Shown here one piece after another: positions 38,265-50,289 of a stretch of DNA of 64,000 nt; position 1 is the first letter of the stretch; every line of letters begins with the position of its first letter. Below the pieces are notes generated by a model. It saw nothing but the letters and a program-made list of their open reading frames with translations, had not been told where the DNA came from and did no database searches. This DNA is from Lophium mytilinum (taxonomy: Eukaryota): NCBI GenBank assembly GCA_010093605.1, contig MU004193.1, positions 999,520 through 1,063,519 on the forward strand, given 5' to 3'. Position numbers and translations under genes: made by a program.

Positions 38265-39209
38265 TCATGCAGGGCAAGCGCCACCGATGTCATCGACGTT
38301 CTCCCGGGTCGTTGCACCTGCCACCTCGACCTGAAACGAGCGCTGTGTGCGACGAGTTTGTATTGGCAGCCGGACCAGGCGAATCAGAGACATCTCCTTC
38401 GCCATTGGTGCGTCTCTTCGTGAACATAGTCTCCCCGAACCCGAGGGGAGGTAGACCATGGCGGCCAACACCACACGCTCGGGCTCTTTTTCGACGTTGA
38501 CCAAGACTGACGCGACAGAGAGAAAACCGAGACAGAGATACAAACGCTCGCCCATGGGACTTGCGAATACCGAGACGGCCATGTTCAGACACTCTGCCAG
38601 TTGGATGCCCCAGCCCACCAGCTGGCCGCCCGCGCCTTGGCGCTGGAACTCTGGATGCGTCGCCAGAATCTGGAGCTGAAAGTGGCGGGCACCGAACTGG
38701 CCATCGAACAGCAGCTTCTTCGACGCTGACGTCGTGTCTGTCCAGGCCTGCATACGTTTACAGTCGCCGTCCCGTCTGCGCTGCCGGAACGGAGGCCTGC
38801 GAACTACTGTGACCAGTGAGTTGTTGCAACATAACTACAGCTCCAGGAGTCACAAACTCTTACGGTTCTTTTCGAGTTGGATCTGCACTGTCTTCTTCTT
38901 GCGGATGTTCTTTACCTCCCACACTGCAAAGGCGACAGGCTTCAGCGAGTCGTGTGCGACTCGCTGCTCAGCAAGCATCACAACCCATCGCTCGTGCTGG
39001 TCCTCCAAAAACTCTCTATACCGCATCCTCGTGTACTTTTGAGTATCACCTGGATAGGCCCTCCGGTGAGGAAAACGGTAATCCCACTGAGGATCCATAG
39101 GCAGTGCAGCGAGGCCGATCTCCAGCATGGCCTCGAGATCAGCGACGGAGGCGCGTCGCAGCGAGAGTCGCGGTGAGCGCTGCAAGAGAGCTTTCGATAT
39201 GGGGGCCAT
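38265..39209 (-). CDS. GNAT family N-acetyltransferase
   Basis: LRRASVADL, DPQWDYRFP, PVAFAVW, LQILATHPEFQRQGAG (acetyl-CoA motif A), ASPMGERLY..LGF; intron 38863-38807. 3' end less certain. Confidence 0.88.
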
Positions 39210-39778
39210 GCTCTCGTAGGGCTGATATCGCGGTTTATTTGGACGAGTAATGCTCTGAAGGCCACCAACGCCAGAAGGCAGATTTATTGTCGCGGTCTGG
39301 ACCCCCCGCCTGCTGCCAGCGCGCACGATGACGCAGTCTATATTCGCCCGCTGCTGCCGTGGAGTATGGGGTTGTCTCTGTCATGTAAACAGGGGGCGCA
39401 CCCAGCCCGCGATGAGGCGTCCGGCGACACCAACTGGGCCTAGCCAGGCGGTTCTCAACACCACTGGCGGCTCATCACCGCACACGACGTCTCTGTTCGC
39501 GAACGCGGCTGTATCCTCTCTCATGCCTGCCACCGACGCATGACTGCTGCGTCATTGGCATCCCCGTGCCCGCTTGTACATACAAAGCCACGATGGCATT
39601 CTCAAATTTCACCCATGGCCTTTTGCCTGCCCACTACATGCCCTGAACGAGCCCGCCTCGCGCTTGTTGGCAGCATACCACTTCCTGGCCTTTGCACCCC
39701 GCCCGCAGCACTAACGCCCGCAGCCTGGATGCATGGAACATCCTCAACACAGGCATAGTTCCGCTGAGACTGCCCGCA

Positions 39779-42639
39779 ATGATGGACGCTGCTGTGCAAT
39801 CCGGGGGAGACAGACGTAGGTCGCCGGGCAGCCTTTCGCCCGAAGTTGTTGCCGATACGGATCCGGCATGCTGACTTTTTCGCAGCATTTCTCTTCCAGG
39901 ATGGACTCGACGATTTTTCTTTTGACGCGCTCGACGGGTGGCTGAAGGACCCCTCGCTATACGAGGACTTGCAGCCGGTGCCGCCAGTATGGTCCGCGTT
40001 CGACGTGGGAGGTGGTCCAAACGTGAATACTGACGAAAAGCAATGGTAAGGCGTTTGCTATCTGTGTCTGACACCTTCGACCCAACGAAGTGTGCTCTCA
40101 CTTACGAGTGTGAAGAAGAAGCTTTGGCATCATTTGGTTTGCTAATCCACAAGCCTAATAACTGACTTTTTGAAGGTTTGCGCCAATTGCACGCGCCGTG
40201 GAACCAGCGACCCACAGCCATCTCAAGTCTCAAACAACGTTTTCTACCATCACTACCACTTCGCCTAGCACATCCAATGTCTATCAAGTCGTTGCTAGCC
40301 ACGTATGTGACGACAGCTTCGCCTCGTTTGGCTTGCAAACATGCGCCGACGTCGCTTCGCCAGAATCCTGTGTCCAGTCCATCAGCCATTTTTCTACGAC
40401 TTCAGGCCAGAGAACCCCACGTACGGTCCATGACAGACGCGAAAGTTTAATTCAACCACCGATCCAACCTTCAGTATCAACTAGGTCATCCTTTGAGCAT
40501 CATCAAATATCCCATCTCCATATGTATGCCACGCCATCTTCACCGTCTATTGTTATGCCAACAGTGAGCTCGCCTTTACACAGAGTCCATAAGCTGGCAC
40601 AACCTGCATTCCCCAATAGCCCAAGTCAGCCTCCACGGTCCAACGCCCTCCCAAGTGACCAATTCGCATATTCACCAGCGGAAAACCCAGTGCCCAAAAG
40701 AGATCCGACGACCCCAAGTACCGTTCATGCATCTTTCCCAACCAAAATGCCATCAAGCCTATCGAACTTTTTTGAGAGCGCCGTCTTCCCAACGAGAGGA
40801 GCCAGCAGTACCCCATCGGAAGTGCGATCATTATCCCTCTCCGCTGCCACACCATCAACAACGACCTCGCCAAGAGAGGCACCCCCTGCTAAAACAAAAA
40901 GGAAACGAGATGAGTACAATTTGGACACTGTGAGTGACGCGCACAACACCTTCTTAGTGCAGATCTGACTGTCGCTGCAAGACATGCTCGGAAGTTGCTT
41001 TTAAAGACAAGTATGGAGCCGTCGCAGCTTATACACAAGTGTTTGGCACGGCTAGAAACATACGCCAAGCATATAGCGAGGGCCAGCGCAAAGAGATCGC
41101 GCGCACTCGTAAGCTGGGGGCGTGCGACCGGTGTAAGAGATTCAAAATGAAGGTGAGTGATAATCTAGACGTCTTCACCCGAGTGTCTTCTCCACATAGA
41201 TGATACCAAGCTCTATTCAAAGGCTGTAGCAATTTAGTGACGACGAGTTGAGAGCATCAGGCAGGCTCACAATCTTTGTGTTGTTGGAATTCAGAGCTGA
41301 TCTGACCTTACGTGTAGTGTCACCGCCCGGATTCTCCATATGAGCTTTGCTTACGATGCGTCATGTCCAGTCCACAGGTGCTAAACATGCCATGCTTCCT
41401 TGCTAAACCCGTCGAGGCTGAGCTCTTCCGTGACAGTAAGTCTGTGGCGAGGCAGAATAACGAAATTTAACGCTAATGCAGATCATAGAACCCTCCATTA
41501 TGCATCCTCTTCAAACACCTCGAAGCGAAGTGTACCGCCTCATCGATATCGAAGCTCCACAGCCCCACTATCTAAAGCTTCAGCTTACGCAGGACCTTGG
41601 AGTGACACTAGAGGTAAAGGTTGCACGCTACGAGCCTAGACCCACCGAAAAGACATCACACCCGTGGAAAGACCGATCCGGAAACTCGAGGGCATTGGAA
41701 ATGCCTCCGTACTGTATCGCATCGATGAGCGATGCGCGTCAGAGAATGCTGGACTACATAACCGCATTCCGGGGCGCTTTCCTTTCTAAATTACGGATGT
41801 CATGTAATGAAATCACCGGGAAGATTATCGACGAAGCTCGACGATATGCAGCTTTCAATCCTGTAAGCTACCCATAACATCTTCCCAATGCACCTGCTAA
41901 CACGCCTTAGAACTCCACTGTAAGCAAAGCGATGGACCTCTTTGCCGCCACACGAATAATAGAACACGACTGGAGAATATGTGGCAACAACACCCTGGGC
42001 ATCGATGTCGTCGAGGACGAAGAGAACCCATGGTTCAACAAGATACCTGTCACACCCATCATGGATACCCAACTCGATCAGATCGTCATCCAAGGCTTCC
42101 TCAAACCCCTCCGCAACCAGCTGCTGCAAGAGCTGCAGACGAAGATCTATGAGAGCAGGCGAGAAAATTGGTTTGAGATCTTCCTGACGACCTCTATCCT
42201 CCTAACCAATGCGGAACTGCTCCTCTCGCACTCGCGCAAGAACGCGAAGCGGTATGGCGCTAATGTAAGTTCGCTTTTCTCAATGCTTAGTTCCACCTGA
42301 GCGAAGCTGACCACCCGCTCACAGCGCCGATACAACTCCCTCGAACGCGCTTACAAGTACTTCCACACCTGCAACCTCCTTATTGCGCACTTCCATTTCG
42401 TCTGCGCAGGGTTCGCGCCCTTGAAACTCGACTGGACCTCCGCCAGTGTCACATCAATGGCAGTACTAGACCTCGACCAGATGGCATTCATGACACAGCT
42501 ACAAGACATGATTAAGAGAAAAGAGGAACATGTGCTTGGTCTCCGGAAGAAGCGGGAGTATGAGGAGGAGCTGTATTGGTGCCATCAGCTGTTCTTCGAG
42601 AAGTGGGAGTGGGAGAAGCCAAGGATCGAGGACGAATAA
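39779..42639 (+). CDS. Zinc-cluster-like fungal transcription regulator, multi-exon
   Basis: Spliced RKLGACDRCKRFKMK|CHRPDSPYELCLRC; downstream MPPYCI, KIPVTPIMDTQLDQI, WFEIFLTTSILL, AHFHFVC. Exon structure and start approximate. Confidence 0.75.
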
Positions 42640-43345
42640 TGAATGGGGAGGAGCTTTGGGTGCATTTCTTGCGGTTTAGCGGGTTGGTGGGTGTATGAGG
42701 CGTTTGGGTTGAAAAGGCATTTAATCTTAGCATGGTTTATCGGGTCGGTAGTCCTAATATCATTGGTATTATCTCGAGTTTTGAGCGATGAGTTGCACAC
42801 CGGACTGGCTCTCGCACTAGTCATGCATCTAGGAGAAGCAAACATCCGTGTGCTGATTTGAGAGGGTTAGCAATAACACACCAAGGGTGAGTGCGAATCG
42901 GACGGACTGGCTCCACTTTGTGCTTCTTAGCAGTGCGAAAACAACCCGTTTCCTGGGACCTGCTTTAGAGAGTTGAGACTGTTACATCTTGATATAGCGT
43001 AGGATTAGGCGGCGAGAGCATGTTCAATGTTAGCGACGATAGATTGCTATGTAATACTGGATCGGATAACTAAAGGTGCTGTTGATGGATGGGCTCCTTT
43101 TTATACTCGTCGGCGATATAGCGCATAGGTATCGCCGCTGTCACGAGCTAAAAGTGCGGAGTCGTGAATAACCCCGGATTACCGAGCTACACAACAATGA
43201 CGTTTTGACGCAACCAGCAACTTTATCACGACGACGCCATCACGACGCCCCCGCGTGAAGCCATCACCATGCTTGCCTGTGCTTCCTCTTTCATCTTTCA
43301 ACCCTCTTAAATACTCAATCCAAAGGTCCTGCAGTCATCGCCACG

Positions 43346-44793
43346 ATGACCTACGTCTACAACTCCCAGCTGGTTCGTCTTATCTCCCCCCCATTGCTCC
43401 CTCCACCGCAACAGAACACTAACATCAACAGGACGCCTTCACCCTTTACCACATCCAAGAAGAAGAATCCCCCTCCCGCTCCTCAATCAGTCCCGCCCTC
43501 CCCGCCCTTGGCCATGCTATCTCAGGCGCCAGCGGCACCGCCATCTCCAAACTCCTCATCTACCCCCTCGACCTCGTCATAACCCGCCTGCAAGTGCAAG
43601 CGCAATTCCAGAACCCCTCCACCCCCTCCGACGCCGACTACACCAGCCTCCTCGATGCCGCGACAAAAATCTACAACAACGAAGGCGGTATTGCCGCCTT
43701 CTACAGCGGTGTCCTCCCCGATACGGCCAAGAGCGTCGCCGACAGCTTCCTCTTCTTCCTCGCATACAACTACCTCCGCAGCCGCCGCCTCACCACCCGC
43801 GGCGGGAGCGCCCGCACCCTGCCCGCCCTCGACGAAATCGCCGTCGGCATGCTCGCCGGCGCCCTCTCGAAACTCTGCACCACCCCGATACAAAACATCG
43901 TCACGCGCAAGCAAACCGCCTCGATGGTCGCCTCGCGGGACCCGACAGCCACCGCCTCCCCAGACCTGAGCCTCAAGGATATCGCGCTGCAGATCCGCCA
44001 CGAGAAGGGCCTGCAGGGCTTCTGGTCCGGGTACTCAGCCAGCTTAGTGCTGACGCTCAATCCCGCGATCACGTTCCTGCTGCATAAGATTCTGCTGAGG
44101 GCGCTGGTGCCGCGGGCCCGGCGCGAGGATCCCGGCGCCAGGGTCACGTTTCTGGTGGCCGCGTTGAGTAAGAGCGTGGCGTCTGCGGTGACGTATCCGT
44201 TCTCGCTCGCGAAGACGCGGGCGCAGGTGTCAAAGCATGCGCCAACGGAGACGGTGGGGCAGACATCTGAGAGTAGCGAGAAAGAGGTGGGCAAGGGGGG
44301 TGCGGCGGGGGTTGCGGCGCAGGCGAGGCGGGCGCGGCAGAGGACTGTGTTCAGCACTATTCTGCGCGTTGCGAGGACGGAGGGGGTCGCGGCGCTGTAT
44401 CAGGGGCTGGGGGCGGAGATGTTGAAGGGGTTTTTCTCGCATGGATTGACGATGCTGATGAAGGATCGGATTCATGGGGTGGTTGTGAGCTTGTATTATT
44501 TGGTGCTACAGACGGCGCAGAAGTATCCGACTTCGGAAGAGATTAGGGCGATGGCGGCCAGGCGGGCGAATGGGGTCGTGGAGAATGGGAGGGAAATGGT
44601 GGGGAATGCGTCGCAGTATGCTGGGGATGTGGTGGCGAATGGGAAGAGTCAAGCTGGGGAGTTGTATGAGAAGGGAAGGGAGATGGCGGGGAATGCGGCG
44701 GAGCAGGCGAAAGGTGTGGTTGGGAAGGGGACGGAGGGGGCGAAAGGGGCGAAAGGGGTCATCGGGAGTGGTAGTGGTAATGAGGATAAGTGA
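43346..44793 (+). CDS. Mitochondrial carrier family protein, peroxisomal adenine nucleotide transporter-like
   Basis: Three carrier signatures YPLDLVITRLQ, TPIQNIVTRKQ, YPFSLAKTRAQ; GFWSGYSASLVLTLNP; intron ~43373-43431. Confidence 0.88.
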
Positions 44794-45145
44794 TGGATGC
44801 TGATAAGGTTTGGGTTCTATTCGTCGATGGAAATAAGTTTGATCCTCTGTACATATGGGTAAGATTCTTGATCATTTTATGTCAAAAGCGGCTCCTGTGC
44901 ATTCCAGTATTTTCTAGCACTTCTTTCCAGTCTGTATACTAATTTGAGGTTCATGCACATTTGGCACTAAATTGAGCAATTCTATACATTATCCACTGAC
45001 TATCCCGACGAGAAACCTTCGCTGGTTGTGCTATTGATTGGCTCACAGCCCCTGTCTGCCAGCTGTGCCTCTCTTGGCGACCACGACACGACATGAATTC
45101 CTCTAGCTCACATATAGGACAAATCCCAGAACCTCGCAGGCAATC

Positions 45146-46180
45146 ATGACTACCCCCACCATCCCAGCAGCAACCCGCGTTCTCACGACCGCCGAACTAC
45201 TCGAAAACATCCTGCATCACCTACCTCCAGCATCTCTCCTTCGTGCGCAAGGATGCTGCCGCCTATTCCACGCCCTCATCTCAACCTCCCCGTTGCTCCA
45301 ATCAGATCTCTTCTTCCGCTATACTGCACAATCTTCAAAGTCCAACTCAACGACAAATTCCTTCGCACTCAATCCTATACTGGTCTCCGCCTTCCCTGAA
45401 TGGTTCCAGAGCGCACTAGACGAGTCCAAGCATCAGCCCAGCCCTTACCAGGTGTACCGGGAAAATTTACCGCCTGGAATAGATGGGCGGGACGTGCTAA
45501 AAGAATCAGAGCATATATTTCACCGCTTACCCTGGACTACGAGACGCGAAGAGTTCAAGAGCAAAGAAGCGAGCTGGCGAAGGATGCTGATATCGAATCC
45601 GCCGATTCGGAAGATCGAGTTTCGGAAGGAGAATTCGTCTGAGACAGGGACGAGTTTCGAGGTAGCGATGGTCACGATACCTAGAGAAGGGGAGAACTGT
45701 GAGTCAGATGCGTCGTTGAAGACTGTGAATGGGCCATTGGCGTACTCGACTAGCGAGGCCGAGGCTGTGCTTCGAGGTGAAAGGGACGTCGAGGAAGATA
45801 TGGCGACGAGAGATGAGCGGTGGCGGAGGTATGTTGAGATGAGAAGTGCGCTTTATGAACCGCAGGGGGAAGAGGAGGTCTTGCAGGACGAGGGCTTGAG
45901 AATGGGGGTTCTTTATGATTATGTTGAGGAAGCGGTTGGGTCGATGAAGGTCAAACGGCCCTATAGCGTGACTTTCGAGTTCGAGGTCTGGAAAAGAGGA
46001 AGATTGTCCCCTTCACTTCTTGGAAGGGACGACGCGAGTAATGAAACTATTCTCCGGGTTACTCTGTCGTACTTTCACGGATGCCTTTACGAGGAGGATG
46101 TGCCGATGCACGATTTCCACAGTGACGGATTTCAAAAGGTAGTTGTAGGGCCGTGGTTTAGGCGAAGAGGTGGAGATTGA
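45146..46180 (+). CDS. F-box domain protein
   Basis: N-terminal RVLTTAELLENILHHLPPASLLRAQGCCRLFHALISTSPLLQSDLFF, then LNPIL and ASWRRMLISNPP. Confidence 0.85.
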   Translation: MTTPTIPAATRVLTTAELLENILHHLPPASLLRAQGCCRLFHALISTSPLLQSDLFFRYTAQSSKSNSTTNSFALNPILVSAFPEWFQSALDESKHQPSPYQVYRENLPPGIDGRDVLKESEHIFHRLPWTTRREEFKSKEASWRRMLISNPPIRKIEFRKENSSETGTSFEVAMVTIPREGENCESDASLKTVNGPLAYSTSEAEAVLRGERDVEEDMATRDERWRRYVEMRSALYEPQGEEEVLQDEGLRMGVLYDYVEEAVGSMKVKRPYSVTFEFEVWKRGRLSPSLLGRDDASNETILRVTLSYFHGCLYEEDVPMHDFHSDGFQKVVVGPWFRRRGGD

Positions 46181-46606
46181 GCGTAGGTAGTCTAGAACAT
46201 TCAAATCGACGAAGAAATTTTGGAGCTATCTTCAGAATCGTCCTGCAAGTATTAAGGACTAAGTTGTATAAGGGACAAAGACAAGGTATAATATGGAGAA
46301 TTTCATGTCTACTTTCTTATAAGCGGTGGAGTACAGTGACAGGCCACAAGTCTGGGCACACTAGCTCGACACCGCATGGGGTTTCCCCACAGGAGCTCGA
46401 ATATCCAAGGGTGATGTCGAGGTTCAAGCAGTGCAAATTGGACTACCTCTTGACTAATTGGCTGCTCAACAGCCAGGGTACCCCCGACAGTGGTGTCGAG
46501 TGAGCAAGTTGGAGCCAAGCTGTAATAAGTCTATGTGCCCAGACTTATGGCTTAGTACTGTAGCTATAGTACATAGTCATCCTTGAGAATGGAGACAAAG
46601 CTGATG

Positions 46607-49600
46607 CTACATCGACAGTAGAGATTTCATATCCTCGGAGAAAGAACGCGATTAGCGTACATTGATTTACAGCAGTGACAAAACTCACAATAACATTTCT
46701 AAACTGATCGTCTTCCGATTCGGTTTTACTGCCATCCCATCCAAGCTGAGCAAGGTACAACTTCTTCTCCTGCTTTGTTTGGATAAACTACGCAGTGCAA
46801 AGTAAGCCAATATTACTCGTACATACATGGAGCGGTTCATACGCATACCTGCTCTACAGTGTGCTCGTCTAGGTATCGCACGATAGTGACCTTTTTCTCC
46901 TGGCCCAGCCTCATGACTCGTTCAATCGCCTGCTTCTCAACGGAAGGGTTCCACTGCGGCTCAAGAATATGGACACGATTGGCTACGGTGAGATTCAAGC
47001 CGACTGCACCCGTTCCAAGCGTCATGAGGAGTGCAGGAATAGTTGGATCTTGCTGGAAGCGCAGGATCTGGGAGCGCCGGTCGGGAAGTGTCATTGAGCC
47101 GTCGACGACGCAGACCGGGATGTTGTAGGCGGTTAGATATGATGCGGCGAGCTTAATGGACGTCTTCCATGAAGAGAAAACGATGCTGGCGCGTAAAAGC
47201 TAAGTATCAGGCAGATAGAGCGGAAGAGGTACGTACCATTTTTCTTCTTGGTGATGCATGATATTGTGCACGAGAGCTTCCAATTTGGAGCTGTAGCTCT
47301 TCAGGTTTGATGGCGCGTCGTCCGATTTTGGTAGCTGCTGTTGCTCGCCTCGTGGTGATGCGCAAATGGTACCGCATACCACGCAGCGAATTCGAGATTT
47401 GTGTATTTTCTCGGCTCGACATAGACACTCTTGACAAAGGAGGTGCGAGCAGTGTAGAATGACTCCGGAGCTGGCTGATTCCTGGTCACCTACAGAGCTT
47501 ACGTCGCATGAGCAGTACGAGCATACTGCTTGGTAATCTTGTTCGAGTAGAGAAAAACTTTCATCCTTAGGAGAATCAGCCTGCTCTGGGTTAACGCAGA
47601 GACCGGAGTTGCAGAATGTTCGAAGCTGCATAATAGCACGGAAAAGGCCACTCGATGCGTCCGTGAGGTTTCTTCTCTCAATCGCTCGATCTATGGCCTG
47701 TCGGTGGCTTTCTCCGATACGGCAATACTGGCTTCGTTCTTCTTCTGTGAGTTGTACAAGCTCAATGCGTGAGTCATGCTCGGCAAGGTTCAGCAGGTCT
47801 TTCGTGCGCCGTATGCAGATGCACTGCAGGAGATCTCGCAGTCGTTGAAAACCTGCAGCATTGTGCTTTTCGACGGGCCCGGCGATATGGCTGTAGAAGT
47901 CGGATGGCCTGTCTAAGTGCGGCACACGGAGGAAACGGACTAAAGCGCCCAGGTCATTGAGCACATTCTGGATTGGCGTTCCAGTAAGGCACCACCGATA
48001 TCTGGCTGAAAGGGCTACCACAGCGCGAAATTGTTTAGTTTGCTGGTGCCGAATGGAGTGAGCTATGAAAAGGTAAGTCGAAGTCTTCTAGAAATGGCCT
48101 GGCCCCAAACCTTCATCAATGATGACGCGAAACCAATGAATGCCGTGGAGGTTGCTATTTCGAGTTGAATCTGCTATGAGTGTAGCATAAGTTGTCAAGA
48201 CAATATCCGAGTCCAGAATTTCGCTTTCGGTAGCTTTAGATGTTCCGTGATATTTTGTGCATTTAAGTAACCGTGGAGCAACGTGTCTAGTCTGATCAGT
48301 AGATTCTATCCAGGATACAGCTTTACTACTTACTTTGAGACTTCTTCCATCCACCCATCGATGAGCACTAGTAATAAAAAAGTCAGCCGGATTCCAAACC
48401 CAGGTCAAGTTACTTACGGACAGCAGGGCATATGACAAGGGTAGCCTTGGTTCTCTTAATCGGGCCCACTACTTCTCTTCTACATAAATCCTCATTTGAA
48501 AATCGACGTGCTCGATCCAATGTCGTCGCAATGGCTGAGATCATCGTCAGGGTTTTTCCGAGTCCCATCTCATCGGCTATGATGCCTCCAAAGTCTTCGG
48601 GTGGTCTTTGCGGTTTTCTACATCCAACTACAGCATTTTCGTAACTATGAGCGGTATTAGGAAAGGAACGTAGACTTCGTGGTTGGGAAAAATCCTCACT
48701 ACTTGCGATTTCGAGAGTCGACGCACTGTTTGAAAAGTGAAAAGCGCTCGGAAATATGTGGTGATTCTCGATGTGCAATGAAATCAAGAGCTTCCCTTTG
48801 GTGCCTTATGGAATACATCAGTTCGAACCATTTGCGAACGAAACATTTTTGTCCACTTACGGCTTTAATACAGTCGTGATGGCAGTCATATCCACATCCA
48901 GGTTTACTAGATCTCCCATATGATCAAGATTGGCTAGAACAGTGCTAACTATGTCAACAGACAGATCGCCCACAGAGCTGGATTCAGGAATTGGTGCACT
49001 CATTTGCGAGCCGAAATTGCTGATTGATGCGAAGCTGATTTCATGAGGGTTATCATATGGGATGGAGCTGTCAAGAAAGTCGGGTGCTTGAAGGAAAAGG
49101 CCTGCGTCGGAGAGTATTCTGCCAACATCTGTGCTGTTGGATCTTGGCCCAAAGAAATATATGTCGATATCCAGACAGACAGATTTTCCAAGGGTCATAA
49201 AAGAGCGAATCTTCGTTGCCCACTCGGCTGTAGCGACATACACGGTGTATCTCACTGTGGATCGATGGTCTAGCTCCTGAAGAGCTTTTGATGTTTGCGT
49301 TTTGAGGATCGCAATGTCTGTACCATTGTTCGTTTGAAGCATATGGATCCGTTTCATCGCGATTTGAAGTTGAAAGTAATTACTTTTTGATACATCAGCA
49401 TCAGAATGAAGAGATGCAATGCTCGGGTCATCAAGAAATTGAGTTTTAAGCCCACAGATCTATGTAATCTTAGTAACAGCATCGAAATAAGACGTAGGTG
49501 ATATATATACCATGCCAAAGCATACCTCATCAGCTGGTCCTGGAATACTGGGCAATAGTGTGCAGGATTCCGCATTGTCGAAATCTACTAGTGGCCAGGG

Positions 49601-49771
49601 CAACGCATTGAGTGAAGGTTCGGATGAAGTATTATTGTTAATATATGCTGGAGGTACGTCTTGTATGAACTGAGCTGAGCTGATGTCGTACGCGATAGTC
49701 GGAACCTGGCGTTTTGCAGGCCTTCTGTCCTCGCAATAATCCTCGATGAAGCTTCTCTTAGCGGAGAACAT
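46607..49771 (-). CDS. SNF2-family helicase with RING finger (Rad5/Rad16-like), multi-exon
   Basis: GGIIADEMGLGKT, DIVLTTY, WFRVIIDE|AH, RWCLTGTPIQN, RING-like CSYC...CSHLLCQEC...CVVC, SSKLEAL, GAVGLNLTVANRVHILEPQWNPSVEKQAI.RV.RLGQ. Ends approximate. Confidence 0.9.
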
Positions 49772-50289
49772 TGTCGCAGCGAGAGTGCTCTCAAGGAATG
49801 GAGAGAATTTCTGACATGACAAAACGGAAGAACAAAATGCACGAACGAGGCTGACTAGGCTGGTAGAAGTCGTGGGGTATTTAGAATACTAAACGCCTGT
49901 TTGTGGGAGCTGCTGCGCGGCAGTACTCTAAGAGAGCCTCACGAGCACCAGCTTTTGCAAGACTGCGGCCACTTGGTTGGCAAGGCACACCGGTAACTTG
50001 AAAAATGAAGACCGATTGGTTGTTTCCAAGGCTGAACTTGAACCCAGCCACGCCAGCTGATCAAGAGGTGGTGGCTGAGGCACGGTGCGCTTTTGCCACG
50101 TTGATCTTGGCTGCATACTGTGTAAACTCTATAGTCGTGAGAACCTTGAGGGAGCCTCGTGGGAGCCTCTGCGCAACAGTCGCCTCAAGATGCTACAAGG
50201 CAGGCCCACAGTCTTATTGTCCGATAACTCTGACCCTCCTGCAGTAAATTCGCGCTTGAGCCCCCTCGAGAGTATCTTTTCGCGTTATC

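Noticed and set aside
34777..39510. Shared GTCGCG/TCGCGA words upstream of the dioxygenase, repeat gene and GNAT
   Set aside because: Short, GC-rich and inconsistent in context, so they cannot be distinguished from chance by eye.
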